DNA of 64,000 nt from Deinococcales bacterium (GCA_043778225.1 JAYWGM010000052.1:22955-86954); one strand, 5' to 3'; counted from the stretch's first letter, positions 20,436 through 30,894 are shown. Notes: generated by a model from the letters alone, not told the origin. Made by a program: numbers and translations.

Positions 20436-21197
20436 ATGCTAGAACTCGAGAATATCGAAGCTGGTTATAGTCGGCAAACCATTGTCTTACGTGGTGTTTC
20501 CCTAGAAGTACCACAAGGTAAAATTGTGACCTTGTTGGGTGCAAATGGGGCTGGCAAAAGCACGACCTTAAAAACAATTATGGGTTTAATAGACGACGAA
20601 CCACGCAAAGGCAGCGTGGTGTTTGCTGGTCAAACCCTGACCCACAAAGACACCGAAAGCATCGCCCGAAGCGGTATTGCGCTTGTGCCAGAAGGACGTG
20701 GGATGTTCAAAGACCTGACGGTTCTCGAGAACCTGATGCTTGGGGCATACCACCACAGCAGCAGCGCCAGCAGCACCATGCTCGAGGTTTTCAGGCGCTT
20801 TCCACGGCTCGAGGAACGAAAAAGCCAACACGCTGGCACATTATCGGGTGGCGAACAGCAAATGTTAGCCATTGGACGCGCCTTGATGAGCCGCCCTAAA
20901 CTGATTTTACTCGATGAACCCAGCCTTGGGCTTGCACCTAAATTTGTCCAAGAAGTTTTTGGGGCAATTGCCAGCATCAATGCCGAAGGGGTCAGCGTGA
21001 TGCTGATTGAGCAAAATGCCAAAAAAGCCCTCGAGATTGCTGATTATGCCTACGTTCTCGAGCATGGCAGAATTGTGCTTGAAGGCACAGGCGCGGAGTT
21101 GCGCGAGAATGAAAATGTAAAGGAGTTGTACTTGGGCATGACCCATGTTCCCGAGACAGGCGTTGGGCGTTTTAGGCGTAAACGGCGTTGGAATTAA
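20436..21197 (+). CDS. ABC ATP-binding protein (LivF-like)
   Basis: GANGAGKST, VPEGR, LSGGEQQMLAIGRAL, LDEPSLGLAP. Confidence 0.92.
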   Translation: MLELENIEAGYSRQTIVLRGVSLEVPQGKIVTLLGANGAGKSTTLKTIMGLIDDEPRKGSVVFAGQTLTHKDTESIARSGIALVPEGRGMFKDLTVLENLMLGAYHHSSSASSTMLEVFRRFPRLEERKSQHAGTLSGGEQQMLAIGRALMSRPKLILLDEPSLGLAPKFVQEVFGAIASINAEGVSVMLIEQNAKKALEIADYAYVLEHGRIVLEGTGAELRENENVKELYLGMTHVPETGVGRFRRKRRWN

Positions 21198-21509
21198 ATG
21201 CGCCAAGGCTTTGATTTTTCTACCTCAGAAATTTTAGACTGGGAACTCGAGGCGATTCATCAGTCATTATTTGCACAGCGACTTGAAATCAGTCCTCATG
21301 CGTATAAAGCGGCTCGAGATGAACATATTCCCTACCATGCGATTCTTGAAACGATTATGGTGGGAGTTGCAGTCAGTAAAGATTTGCCCGATAATGCGCT
21401 TGGTCGTCTGGCAGGAATTAACTTTGAGTATTTATTTGTGGCGCGCTGGCTTCGTGCTAAAGTGAGTTGGGATGACGAGTATTTTGTCGTCACGATTCAC
21501 ACGTTCTAG
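21198..21509 (+). CDS. DUF4258-like putative toxin
   Basis: ISPHAYKAARDEHI...ILETIMVG, C-terminal VVTIH; paired with small downstream gene. Confidence 0.6.
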   Translation: MRQGFDFSTSEILDWELEAIHQSLFAQRLEISPHAYKAARDEHIPYHAILETIMVGVAVSKDLPDNALGRLAGINFEYLFVARWLRAKVSWDDEYFVVTIHTF

Positions 21510-21517
21510 GAGTTTTT

Positions 21518-21733
21518 ATGACTTTAATTTCAAACGAAATAGCAAAGGACTTTACTTTTCAGAGTCATGGTGTGACTTTTATTGTGCATAACATTCCAAC
21601 CCGAATTCGGAAATCATCCAATGGCGAAATCATTGAAACGTTCTCGATGCCAATTGCCTCGAGACTTGATCAAATGCTCGATGATGTTCTGGCAAAAGAC
21701 CCAACACCGCGCACGGTTGAACTCGAGTTTTAG
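21518..21733 (+). CDS. YgiT-like putative antitoxin lacking Zn-finger cysteines
   Basis: FIVHNIPTR...GEIIETFSMPIASRLDQML pattern resembles YgiT-type partners; AGGAG RBS. Confidence 0.5.
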   Translation: MTLISNEIAKDFTFQSHGVTFIVHNIPTRIRKSSNGEIIETFSMPIASRLDQMLDDVLAKDPTPRTVELEF

Positions 21734-21748
21734 TGTTAAAGTGTCGAT

Positions 21749-22135
21749 ATGGCGCACGGAAACGACTTTGAAATTTATGAACGCTGGCTCGAATTACTCG
21801 AGAATCTCGAGGATTATGCAAAACGACACCATTTGCGTTTTGATAAAGAATCGGACTTCACCCAGTATATTTACCGCATGGAACGCGAGTACAGCCTGCC
21901 AACCACAGTCCAGAGTGTTAGTTTGGGCTTAGAAAGTGGTAAAGCGATTATTGTCGCCAGTGTATCGCCCTTGCAAGAACCCTTAAAGCACATTTCGATC
22001 AACTTGCAAGGCGGCGCTCGGCATTGGCATTTGCACGCCCACGATGGGCATTTACTCGAGGGTAAGCGTGTATTTGACCGTACTAAACTCGAGGCACTGC
22101 TCGACAAGGTTTTTTCAGTGCAAATTGCCGCCTGA
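21749..22135 (+). CDS. nqo15: NADH-quinone oxidoreductase subunit 15 (Deinococcota-specific, frataxin-like fold)
   Basis: YERWLELL...RFDKESDF..YIYRMEREYSLPTT...ASVSP matches recalled Thermus Nqo15 (RFEKEADFPDFIYRMERPYDLPTT). Confidence 0.88.
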   Translation: MAHGNDFEIYERWLELLENLEDYAKRHHLRFDKESDFTQYIYRMEREYSLPTTVQSVSLGLESGKAIIVASVSPLQEPLKHISINLQGGARHWHLHAHDGHLLEGKRVFDRTKLEALLDKVFSVQIAA

Positions 22136-22151
22136 GTGCTATTGTTTGATC

Positions 22152-22452
22152 ATGACCCAAATGCCACCAATCTCTCCTCGAGTCGCGCATCGTTTTACAG
22201 GCGAACAATACCGTAAAATGTATGACCTCGGTGTGTTTGGGTTTGACCAACCCAGCGAGCTAATTGCTGGTGAGGTGTTTTTTATGGCAGCCATGGGAGC
22301 AGCAACTCGAGGTCTACCGCTTGCCAAAAGGTAATCAGTACCTGCAACGCCAAAATTATTTAATCGGTCAAGTTATTGCGCCGCTTTTTAGCCCAGACTC
22401 GAGTTTGGCTTGGTGGACGGCATTAAGCTCACCGCCCACCGAAGGCAGTTAG
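22152..22452 (+). pseudogene. Uma2 (DUF820) endonuclease remnant with internal deletion and frameshift
   Basis: N-terminus HRFTGEQYRKMYDLGVFG...ELIAGEVFFMAAMG joined out of frame to C-terminus LEVYRLPKGNQY...IAPLFSPD; central PD-(D/E)XK core absent. Confidence 0.75.
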
Positions 22453-24092
22453 TCCACGACCACAGGAATAATCATTGGGTTGCGCCCTGTGGCTTTGCGA
22501 ACAAAACGCCGCACCATATAGTAGACATCATCGCGCACTGCCTCGAGATGCTTTTTTTCACGTGCGCCTTTCTCGAGGACTTGAATGACTTGTTCTTTAA
22601 TAGTGTCGAACAGTTCTTGGTTGGCATCTATAAAACCCCGACTGGCAATTTCGGCGTGAGGATGCGGGCTAAGCACACAACCCAGCACCAACACACCATC
22701 GCCAGCCATACTTAATCTATCCTCGAGAATGCTGTCGTTGACATCGCCTACGCCTAAGCCATCAACATAGACCGCGCCGGCTGGGGCAGTACCCACGACC
22801 TTAAAATCGTCTTTAGAAACATGGATAATATCGCCGTTTTTAGCAATAATCGTGCGTTTTGGTGGGGTTGGGCTGGCTTCGGCTAACCACTGATGGTTGA
22901 TTTGTTGGCGTGGCTCGCCATGGAACGGCAAAAACCATTTGGCTTGGGCTAAGTTCAGAATCAGCTTGAGTTCTTCTTGGCTGCCATGTCCAGAAGCATG
23001 GACTTTATAATTGGGCGGATAAAAAACTTTTGCGCCTTTTTGGTACAAGCTGTTAATCACAACGTTAATCGCTTCTTCGTTGCCGGGAATCGGGCTGCTC
23101 GAGAGAATCACGGTATCGCCGTGCTTAATGCTTAAACGTGGGTGATTGCCAGCCGCCAGTCTCGAGAGGACGCTCATCGGTTGCCCTTGGCTGCCGGTGC
23201 AAATAAAAACCGCTTGGCTGGCTTGTAAATCGGCAAATTCATCGGTGCTGATTAAACGGTCTTTCAGGGTCATGTAGCCGAGTTCTTGGGCAATCTCGGC
23301 GTATTTGTGCATACTGCGCCCTTCCATCACGACACGGCGGTTGTACTTTTCGGCAATAGAAATAATGTTCTGGATGCGGTGAATATGACTGGCAAAGGTG
23401 GTCACAAAAACCCGTCCAGCAGCTTTAGAAATAATTTTTTCGAGTTCAGCCGCGACATCGGCTTCCGATGGCGTTAGACCCATTTTTTCAGCACTGGTGC
23501 TGTCCGAGATTAAAAGCATTACGCCCTCTGCTCCAGCTTTAGAGATTTTCTCGAGGTGACTGGTTTTGCCGTCGGCTGGGTTTTGGTCGAGCTTAAAGTC
23601 GCCAGTGTGAATCACATTGCCAATTGGCGTGTGGATTAAAAGCCCAGAATTATCAGGAATCGAATGGGTCATGCGAAACATATCCACGGTAAAACTCGAG
23701 GAAACCTTGATTCGCTCGTCGGTTGTAACTTCGCGCAAGTCTAAATCGTCGGCAGAAATTCCAAACTCGGAAAATTTTTCGCGCAGCAGCCCAAGGGTCA
23801 GCTTTGCGCCGTACAGTGGCACTTTTGGTAAGCGCGGCAAAATGTAGGGCAGCGCTCCGATGTGGTCTTCGTGACCGTGGGTGATGATAAAGGCTTTGAT
23901 TTCGGCGGCGTGTTCAAGCAGATAGTCTATTTTGGGGATAATTAGGTCGATGCCCGGTTGGTTGCTGTCTGGAAACGCCATACCACCATCTACGACCAAA
24001 ATTTCTTGTTCGTAGCGAAAGACCATCATGTTCTTACCGATTTCCCCAAAGCCACCCAATGGGATGACCTCGAGATGTTTTTGTTGACTCAT
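22449..24092 (-). CDS. rnj: Ribonuclease J
   Basis: PLGGFGEIGKNM, THGHEDHIG, HTGDFKLD, TGSQGQP, HASGHG. Confidence 0.96.
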   Translation of the reverse strand: MSQQKHLEVIPLGGFGEIGKNMMVFRYEQEILVVDGGMAFPDSNQPGIDLIIPKIDYLLEHAAEIKAFIITHGHEDHIGALPYILPRLPKVPLYGAKLTLGLLREKFSEFGISADDLDLREVTTDERIKVSSSFTVDMFRMTHSIPDNSGLLIHTPIGNVIHTGDFKLDQNPADGKTSHLEKISKAGAEGVMLLISDSTSAEKMGLTPSEADVAAELEKIISKAAGRVFVTTFASHIHRIQNIISIAEKYNRRVVMEGRSMHKYAEIAQELGYMTLKDRLISTDEFADLQASQAVFICTGSQGQPMSVLSRLAAGNHPRLSIKHGDTVILSSSPIPGNEEAINVVINSLYQKGAKVFYPPNYKVHASGHGSQEELKLILNLAQAKWFLPFHGEPRQQINHQWLAEASPTPPKRTIIAKNGDIIHVSKDDFKVVGTAPAGAVYVDGLGVGDVNDSILEDRLSMAGDGVLVLGCVLSPHPHAEIASRGFIDANQELFDTIKEQVIQVLEKGAREKKHLEAVRDDVYYMVRRFVRKATGRNPMIIPVVVD

Positions 24093-24251
24093 TAAAATTA
24101 CTCCTTCAAACCGTCAATCGTCTTTTCTAGAACTCAGGATTTAACCAAAGCACACCGATTTTCTGCGACCGGTGTCGTCGCGGTAGCCTTATTGTAGTAC
24201 AAAAGTGGCTCATTTCTCAAATCCCACAAAAAAGGTGCATAATAAAAGCAG

Positions 24252-24578
24252 ATGATTTTCGAGGCAGCAAAAATTACATCCGAGAATTTGGTTCTTGAGA
24301 CCACCACTTGTCGGCTTCGCACCCTAGACCCAAGCAGTGGTGAAGTGACCGGATTTTTTGAACTGCACGGCGATAACCAAGTGCCACGTGGTTTGCCAAA
24401 ACTGGCAATTCAAGGCTTTATTCGGCTCGAGATTAAATTGCTCTCGAGTGTCATGACTTCTGAGGGCAAAAGGCGCTACCGTTTTATGGCAATTTGCCCC
24501 AACGAAGCGATTGGACCACTCGACATGATGATGAACCCATCTAAAAATCCAACCGTTCTTGAGGAGATGATGCGGTAA
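24252..24578 (+). CDS. Hypothetical protein
   Basis: 108-aa ORF with CATAAT upstream; no motif recognised. Confidence 0.5.
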   Translation: MIFEAAKITSENLVLETTTCRLRTLDPSSGEVTGFFELHGDNQVPRGLPKLAIQGFIRLEIKLLSSVMTSEGKRRYRFMAICPNEAIGPLDMMMNPSKNPTVLEEMMR

Positions 24579-24623
24579 ACACATTCTCGGGTGATGATGC
24601 GGTAAACACATTCTCGGGTGATG
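24566..24623 (+). repeat. Perfect 27-bp tandem duplication spanning a stop codon
   Basis: (GATGATGCGGTAAACACATTCTCGGGT)x2 + GATG. Confidence 0.9.
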
Positions 24624-24695
24624 GCGCTAAAAAACCGCCATGTGTCAAAATTCCCGCCCTCGAGTTGGCTAGACTTGGTAGACTGCAAAACAGCC

Positions 24696-25775
24696 GTGAT
24701 TAGTGGTCGCTTAAAAGATGTCCCGATTGAAGACATCCTTAGCCTGATTGCCGGAGGGCGCAAATCGGGAGTCCTTGTTGTCAATCTCGATGAGCGCGAA
24801 GCCAAAATCCATTTTGAGGATGGCAAAATTTTGTATGCTCGAGTCGAAGACGGGGCAAACCTTGGCGAATACTTGGTGCGCCTAGAAATGACCACCCCCG
24901 AGGATGTGCAAAAGCTGGTCGGCAAACAAAAACAAGAAAATCCCCACACCCCGCTTGGCATGATGGCGGTTCGCAATGGGGTGATTAACGACCAAGACCT
25001 ACGCACCGCGCTTGAGGCACAAGTCTTGGATGCGATGATTGAAGTGATGATTTGGGCGGATATTCCCAGAGCCAGATTTAATTTTAAGGAACGTGGCTTA
25101 GATGCTTCGCAAGTGCCAACGCCGCATTTACTCGATGCTTCTGGGATGCTGATGGAATGCACCCGCCGCTTAGATGAATGGCGACGTGGGCAGGTCAAAC
25201 CGCAAGATGTTCTCGAGGTTGCTATAGACTTACAAAACGACCCACGCACCGCCAAATTAAGCCTTGGGCAATGGGAACTGATTTATTTGGTGGATGGTCA
25301 ACGCAGTGCTGCCAGTATTGCTGCCGAGCTCAACATCCCCGAGGGCGAAACCTACCACCAACTTTTTTTGATGCAGGAACAAAAAATGCTGCGCCCTGCC
25401 GAAGTTCGTGGCGATGACCCGTGGGTTTTGATTATTTCGACTTCGCAGACCACGCGCCGCCTTTGCACCCTGACCTTGACTCGAGAACGTTACCGTGTGA
25501 TGCACGCCACAACCCTCGAAACTGCCAAAAATTTACTCGAGACTCGTCGCCCCAACACGATTCTGCTCGACTGGGAAAATCCACTCGAGAGCATTAAAAT
25601 TATCCGTGAAAAACGCAATTTAACGCCCATCATTGCGATTGTCAGCGTTGAACCTCGGGTCAGCATTGGGCTTTTTCGCAACCATGCGACCACCAATTTG
25701 CGTTATCTGGTCAAGCCCTACAGCGAAATGCAGTTGATTCGCGCCATTGGCGCGGTCACGGGCAGGGCGGTTTAG
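24696..25775 (+). CDS. DUF4388 (PatA-N-like) domain protein with C-terminal receiver-like domain
   Basis: SGRLKDVPIEDILSLIAGGRKSGVL...IHFEDGKILYA; ILLDW and YLVKPY in receiver; start uncertain. Confidence 0.75.
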   Translation: MISGRLKDVPIEDILSLIAGGRKSGVLVVNLDEREAKIHFEDGKILYARVEDGANLGEYLVRLEMTTPEDVQKLVGKQKQENPHTPLGMMAVRNGVINDQDLRTALEAQVLDAMIEVMIWADIPRARFNFKERGLDASQVPTPHLLDASGMLMECTRRLDEWRRGQVKPQDVLEVAIDLQNDPRTAKLSLGQWELIYLVDGQRSAASIAAELNIPEGETYHQLFLMQEQKMLRPAEVRGDDPWVLIISTSQTTRRLCTLTLTRERYRVMHATTLETAKNLLETRRPNTILLDWENPLESIKIIREKRNLTPIIAIVSVEPRVSIGLFRNHATTNLRYLVKPYSEMQLIRAIGAVTGRAV

Positions 25776-26281
25776 GTATTCAGCAGCCGACGGCGAAACT
25801 CGAGGAATGCCAGGGCTGTGACTTCGACATCGGCAAGGGCGCGGTGACGGTTGCTGGCTTCTATGCCCAGTCTGGTGCAAATTGCATCGAGGTTATGGCG
25901 GCTTTCTTGTGGAAAAGCCCGTCTTGAGAGTTGCACTGTACAAGTGGCTCGAACTGGCGCTTCTAAGCCAAGTCGAGCCGCATTAGCGCGGACAAAACCA
26001 ATGTCAAAACTGGCATTGTGCGCCACCAATTGCCGCCCCGCTACAAACTCGAGAAATTGTGGCAGGGCGGTTTCGATGCTTGGGGCGTGTTGCACCATGC
26101 GGTCGGTGATGCCATTGATTTTAGAAATATAAAATGGAATGCGCCGATGAGGCTGCACCAGCGTCTCGAAGGTTTCGCTGGTGATGCTGTCGTTTCGCAC
26201 CACCAATGCCCCAATCTCGAGAATCGCATCGCGCTCTGGGCTTAACCCCGTGGTCTCGAGGTCAAAAATCACAAATTCCAC
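25772..26281 (-). CDS. DEDDh 3'-5' exonuclease (DnaQ/PolC-like)
   Basis: FDLETTG, VAHNASFD, HRALAD. Confidence 0.9.
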   Translation of the reverse strand: MEFVIFDLETTGLSPERDAILEIGALVVRNDSITSETFETLVQPHRRIPFYISKINGITDRMVQHAPSIETALPQFLEFVAGRQLVAHNASFDIGFVRANAARLGLEAPVRATCTVQLSRRAFPQESRHNLDAICTRLGIEASNRHRALADVEVTALAFLEFRRRLLNT

Positions 26282-26295
26282 AGATTAGATTACCT

Positions 26296-28689
26296 TTATT
26301 TGCCAGGGCATTTGGTTGGACCACCTACAACTGTGCCTTGTCTCGAGCAAATGATTTGTACCGTGTTTTCGAGCGTAATTTCGGTGCTGATCGGCGAATC
26401 GAAAGCAAACAGCCCACGGCTTTCGCCAAGCTCGGAAATGTTGATTGTGCCATCTGGATTGATGGTGTTTTCGCGGTAGGCGGTGATGTCGTATTGCCCC
26501 GGCTCGAGGTTATCAAAAGCAAATGCCCCACCCGCACCAAGGGGGGTATCGGGGTAATTCAGGCGAGTGCGTTGGTCAGCCATATCCACTCGGTAAATTC
26601 GTAAGAAATAGCCCAGTGGGTTACTTAAAACACTGTTGCCTTGGCTGTAATACACACGTTGCTCGAGACTGCGCGTGCCATATTGAAGATTGATTCGCCC
26701 AGCAAACTGACCATTTAAGCCATTTCGGTCTACGTTAATCGTCACCACTTGGCTCTGATTGGCGGCTAGGGTAATTACATTTGGTGTAACGCTTAAACCT
26801 GTACCAGTTGCACTGATGCTCAGGTTGGCAGCAGCATCTCCGACATTTTTTAGGGTAAATGTGGTCTGTGTTTCGCTCGAGCCTAAATCAATTTCGCTTG
26901 GTGTGGTTCGGACAATCACTGCCCCAATGACAGGTAAAGTCGTGGCTTTTTGTAGCGCTAAATTGGCATCGAGCAAACCTGCACCGCAACCTTGAGCGCA
27001 ACGGGTCAAACCACTTAAACTCGAGCTATCTTGTAAATACGAACGAACCCGTACCCAATTGCTCGAGTCTGTGCCACGCAAAGCCAGATTGCGGCTTATC
27101 ATCAGGGCAACCACACCCGCTACGTGTGGCGATGCCATGCTTGTACCATGGTATGAGCCATAGCCAAAGTTATTGCAGGGCGGAGTTGTGCCACCAGATG
27201 GACTGTGATACTGCCCAAGGTCGCCAGTGCCACAAGCCAGCACCGACAAGACCCCATCTTCGGCAAGGTTGCGTTGGGTAAAATCGCCGCCGGGCGCAAC
27301 CACTGCCACAGTCGAACCAAAATTAGAATAACTGGCTCGAGCTTTATTGGGGGCAAGCGCTCCAACTGCAATTACGCCTTGCAGATTGGCGGGTGTAAAG
27401 TTAGCGGCATCAATGTTGCTGTTGCCAGCCGCCACAACCACAATCACACCTTTGGCGTTTGCGGCATCAATGGCGGCTTGTAAAACTGGGCTGGGCGATT
27501 GCTCACCGCCCAAGCTCATGTTGATGATGTTGGCAGGATTTGGATTATTGGGCAGTCCATTTTGGGCAATTCCAGCCCCCCAGTAAACGGCGCTGGCAAT
27601 ACTGGCAATGTCGCCGCCCGAACCATCCAAAGCCCGAATTGGCAAAATTTGGCTTTGCCAAGCCACCCCCGCCACACCAAGCGCATTGTTGCTGCACGCC
27701 CCAACTGTTCCAGCCACGTGTGTCCCATGAAAACCAGCACTGGGGTCAGAATCAAAAGCATTGCTATCGTTTTGCACAAAGTCATAACCAGGCAAAATTT
27801 TGGGCTTGCCGGTTGCGACCTCGCAGTCAAAGTCTGGGTGTCGTTTAGCTGGGTCGGTGGCATCCCACAAAATCCCAGAATCCAGTACACCGACCACCAC
27901 ACCCGCGCCAACTTCGGCTTGGCTCGAGAAACCATCCCAAGTGGCTGGCAAATTTAGCATTTCGTAGTGCCATTGTTTGGGGTACAACGGGTCGTTGGGC
28001 GCAGCTTGGGCTTTAAGAATCGTGTTTGGTTCGGCACTGGCAATGTCGGAGCGCTGACGCAGGCTGCTGATAAATTGCAAAGTTTCTGTGGCTGCCTTAC
28101 CACGCACTCGAGAACTTGTACCTTGTATTCTGGCTCGAGCTTTGAGGCTTGGCGCTTCTATCAGTGCCGTGTTGCTGGCAATCCAAGTTTTGACCTCGAG
28201 ACCGACTGATTGTAAACGTGCTGCTGCCCCAGCGTTCTTAAACTGTACCAAGGCTTGCCCGGGGCGCATCTCGGCATTTTCGTAACCGGACATGGCAAAT
28301 TGCACCCCCGGACGCACCACACCAGCAATACTCGAGCAATTCTTGGCTTGGGGGGCTGCCACCAGATTGACCCGAATTGGATTGCTTTGTACGACGTTCT
28401 GCCCGTCTGAAATGGTGGCGGTAAAGGTTACGACTTGGTTACTTTGGGTGGTGGTTGGAGTCAAGAGCCACGAGGTCGTTTGCCCAGTCCCCGCAAATGT
28501 GCCGATGTTGGGCGAAGCCTTAAAGCTGTACCGTAAAGCCGCGTTTTCTGGGTCTCGAGCCACCACACTTAACGCCACCGATTGACAAGGCAAAACAGTG
28601 CTGCTCGAGACCACAAAATCATCCAGTAAAGGCGGTAAATTGCGAGTGCAAGCCAGTAAAAATGGCAAAACCAATAGAATGCGGCGCAT
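26296..28689 (-). CDS. S8 subtilisin-like serine protease, lipoprotein
   Basis: Lipobox LLAC; VLDSG, HGTHVAG, AAGN, GTSMASPHVAG. Confidence 0.93.
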   Translation of the reverse strand: MRRILLVLPFLLACTRNLPPLLDDFVVSSSTVLPCQSVALSVVARDPENAALRYSFKASPNIGTFAGTGQTTSWLLTPTTTQSNQVVTFTATISDGQNVVQSNPIRVNLVAAPQAKNCSSIAGVVRPGVQFAMSGYENAEMRPGQALVQFKNAGAAARLQSVGLEVKTWIASNTALIEAPSLKARARIQGTSSRVRGKAATETLQFISSLRQRSDIASAEPNTILKAQAAPNDPLYPKQWHYEMLNLPATWDGFSSQAEVGAGVVVGVLDSGILWDATDPAKRHPDFDCEVATGKPKILPGYDFVQNDSNAFDSDPSAGFHGTHVAGTVGACSNNALGVAGVAWQSQILPIRALDGSGGDIASIASAVYWGAGIAQNGLPNNPNPANIINMSLGGEQSPSPVLQAAIDAANAKGVIVVVAAGNSNIDAANFTPANLQGVIAVGALAPNKARASYSNFGSTVAVVAPGGDFTQRNLAEDGVLSVLACGTGDLGQYHSPSGGTTPPCNNFGYGSYHGTSMASPHVAGVVALMISRNLALRGTDSSNWVRVRSYLQDSSSLSGLTRCAQGCGAGLLDANLALQKATTLPVIGAVIVRTTPSEIDLGSSETQTTFTLKNVGDAAANLSISATGTGLSVTPNVITLAANQSQVVTINVDRNGLNGQFAGRINLQYGTRSLEQRVYYSQGNSVLSNPLGYFLRIYRVDMADQRTRLNYPDTPLGAGGAFAFDNLEPGQYDITAYRENTINPDGTINISELGESRGLFAFDSPISTEITLENTVQIICSRQGTVVGGPTKCPGK

Positions 28690-28880
28690 GGTGTTAGTTT
28701 ACTGCACAATGTGCAATTTTTCTAAGTACCTGACAGTAACCTAAGTAGATCGTTTTTAACGACATACTTCGACTCGCCAAAAACAAGAATTTGTACCAGT
28801 ATCTCGAATCCACTACTCAAAAGTCCATAGAAGTATTGGAAAACCTTGACTTTATAAAAACCGTCCGATACTGTCAAATC

Positions 28881-29660
28881 ATGATTCATTCACTTGGTTA
28901 CAAAACCGATTTGTTCTTCCGTGGCTTTGAAGGCGAAGTTCTCGAGCGCGAACAGTACACCGTTATTCGCACCCCCAAAAATCCCACCTTTCGCTGGGGA
29001 AATTTTTTATTGTTCAAGCACGCTCCAAGCAAAGCCGACCTCGAGCCGTGGCTGGCAGCTTTTGCCCTCGAGCATCCTAATGCACCACACATTGCGCTTG
29101 GTTGGGACGACCCCGAAAATGCTGGCGATGTGACCGCTTTTACCCAAGCTGGTTTTGAATTTGACCAGAGCATTGTCATGAGTGCCAAAGCCGTTTATGC
29201 CCCGCCAAAAATCAATACCGATTGCCAAATTCGTGTTCTCGAGCCATCTGACCAACCCGAGTGGATTGACCTCGAGTGTGGAGTCAACGATGCCCTGCCA
29301 GAATCGGAGCGTGAAGGGGCTGGCTACCGAACTTTTGTTGAACGCAAAAGCGCAGAACTCGAGCGGATGAGTGCGGCGGGTCATGGGCATTTCTGGGGTG
29401 CATTTCTCGAGGGGCGCTTGACTGCTAGTTTGGGCTTGTATTTCTGGCAGGGCGTGGGGCGTTTTCAGTGGGTTGCCACACACCCGAAATTTCGGCGGCG
29501 CGGCTTATGCGCTACACTGGTGCATCATGTGGCTAAACTTGGACTCGAGCGTGTGGATACTTTGGTGATGGTGGCTGACCCCGAATATGTGGCGGCTGGC
29601 ATTTACGAAAGCGTTGGTTTTAGAATCTCCGAAAAACAGTTTCAACTCGAGAAAATATGA
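28881..29660 (+). CDS. GNAT acetyltransferase (leaderless)
   Basis: VATHPKFRRRGLC, IYESVGF; TTGACT-17 nt-TACTGT-6 nt-ATG. Confidence 0.85.
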   Translation: MIHSLGYKTDLFFRGFEGEVLEREQYTVIRTPKNPTFRWGNFLLFKHAPSKADLEPWLAAFALEHPNAPHIALGWDDPENAGDVTAFTQAGFEFDQSIVMSAKAVYAPPKINTDCQIRVLEPSDQPEWIDLECGVNDALPESEREGAGYRTFVERKSAELERMSAAGHGHFWGAFLEGRLTASLGLYFWQGVGRFQWVATHPKFRRRGLCATLVHHVAKLGLERVDTLVMVADPEYVAAGIYESVGFRISEKQFQLEKI

Positions 29661-30820
29661 ATTATCAACCGACGCTTGATTATATCCGTACTTATTGGCA
29701 GCGCATTATTCGTTCTACGCCAACAGACATCGGTACACTGATTGGGTTGCCCAAGCCGTACTTTGTACCGAGCGAGAATCCCATTTTTATTGAGATGTTT
29801 TATTGGGATAGCTATTTTATTGCCCTAGGCTTGGTCGGCACAGAACACGAATTTCGTATCCTCGAGATGCTTGAAAACTTTGCCGCCCTCTATAAACGCT
29901 TTGGGGTGATTCCCAACGGCAGCCGCTTCTATTTTTTATCGCGCAGCCAACCGCCTTTTTTGCTCGAGATGATTAAATTGGGCTGGGAAATCAAAAAACA
30001 TCAAACCGATGCTGCTGCTTGGCTCGAGGAAATGCTTTTAATCGCCGAAGACGAACACCAAAATGTCTGGTTGGCAAGCCAACACCCACATCATCGTAAC
30101 GTTTACCAAGGCTTATCGCGCTACTTTGACATCAATTACTTGGATGCTTTGGCGAGTTGCGAAAGCGGTTGGGACCACAGTACACGCTGCTCAGACAAAT
30201 GGCTCGAGCATTTGCCGATAGACCTGAACGCGATTTTGTATGCCCGCGAACAAGACATGGCAATGTTTTTTGAGTTGCTTGGCAATACCGAACGGGCTGC
30301 CTACTGGAAAACCCAAGCCGAGGCTCGAGCCGAAACGATCAATACTTTAATGTGGGACGAAAGCCAAGGCTTTTATTTTGATTACAATTACCGCCTCAAG
30401 CAAATTAACTCACACCCCAGCTTGGCAGGGTTCTACCCACTTTGGGCAGGGCTTGCCACGCCACAACAAGCGGCTCGAGTCGTGCAGGACTGGCTACCGC
30501 GTTTTGAGCGCATTGGCGGCTTACTGACCACCCTCGAGACCAAAGAAGGGCATCAGTGGGCAGCCCCAAATGGTTGGTCGCCACTACAATGGCTGGTGGT
30601 GGCTGGACTCGAGCGATACGGCTTTAACCTCGAGGCACAGCGCATCATGCGAGCATGGTGCGACAACAACGCCAATGTGTTTAACAAAACAGGGGCGCTC
30701 TGGGAAAAATATAATGTCGAAGACATCGGCGCAGAAAGTGAAGGCGGGTTGTACGGTGCATTGCAAGGCTTTGGATGGACAAATGGAGTCTTCTGGGATT
30801 TTGCCAAGCGATTACAATAA
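29657..30820 (+). CDS. Trehalase (GH37)
   Basis: EMFYWDSYF, IPNGSR, SRSQPP, ESGWDHS, QWAAPNGWSP, EKYNV, GFGWTNG. Confidence 0.93.
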   Translation: MNYQPTLDYIRTYWQRIIRSTPTDIGTLIGLPKPYFVPSENPIFIEMFYWDSYFIALGLVGTEHEFRILEMLENFAALYKRFGVIPNGSRFYFLSRSQPPFLLEMIKLGWEIKKHQTDAAAWLEEMLLIAEDEHQNVWLASQHPHHRNVYQGLSRYFDINYLDALASCESGWDHSTRCSDKWLEHLPIDLNAILYAREQDMAMFFELLGNTERAAYWKTQAEARAETINTLMWDESQGFYFDYNYRLKQINSHPSLAGFYPLWAGLATPQQAARVVQDWLPRFERIGGLLTTLETKEGHQWAAPNGWSPLQWLVVAGLERYGFNLEAQRIMRAWCDNNANVFNKTGALWEKYNVEDIGAESEGGLYGALQGFGWTNGVFWDFAKRLQ

Positions 30821-30894
30821 TGGACGTAGAAACCTTTAAGATATGTCATTAAACAGTTTAGGGATGAAATTTTACAAGGTAAACAGAGGAGCAT

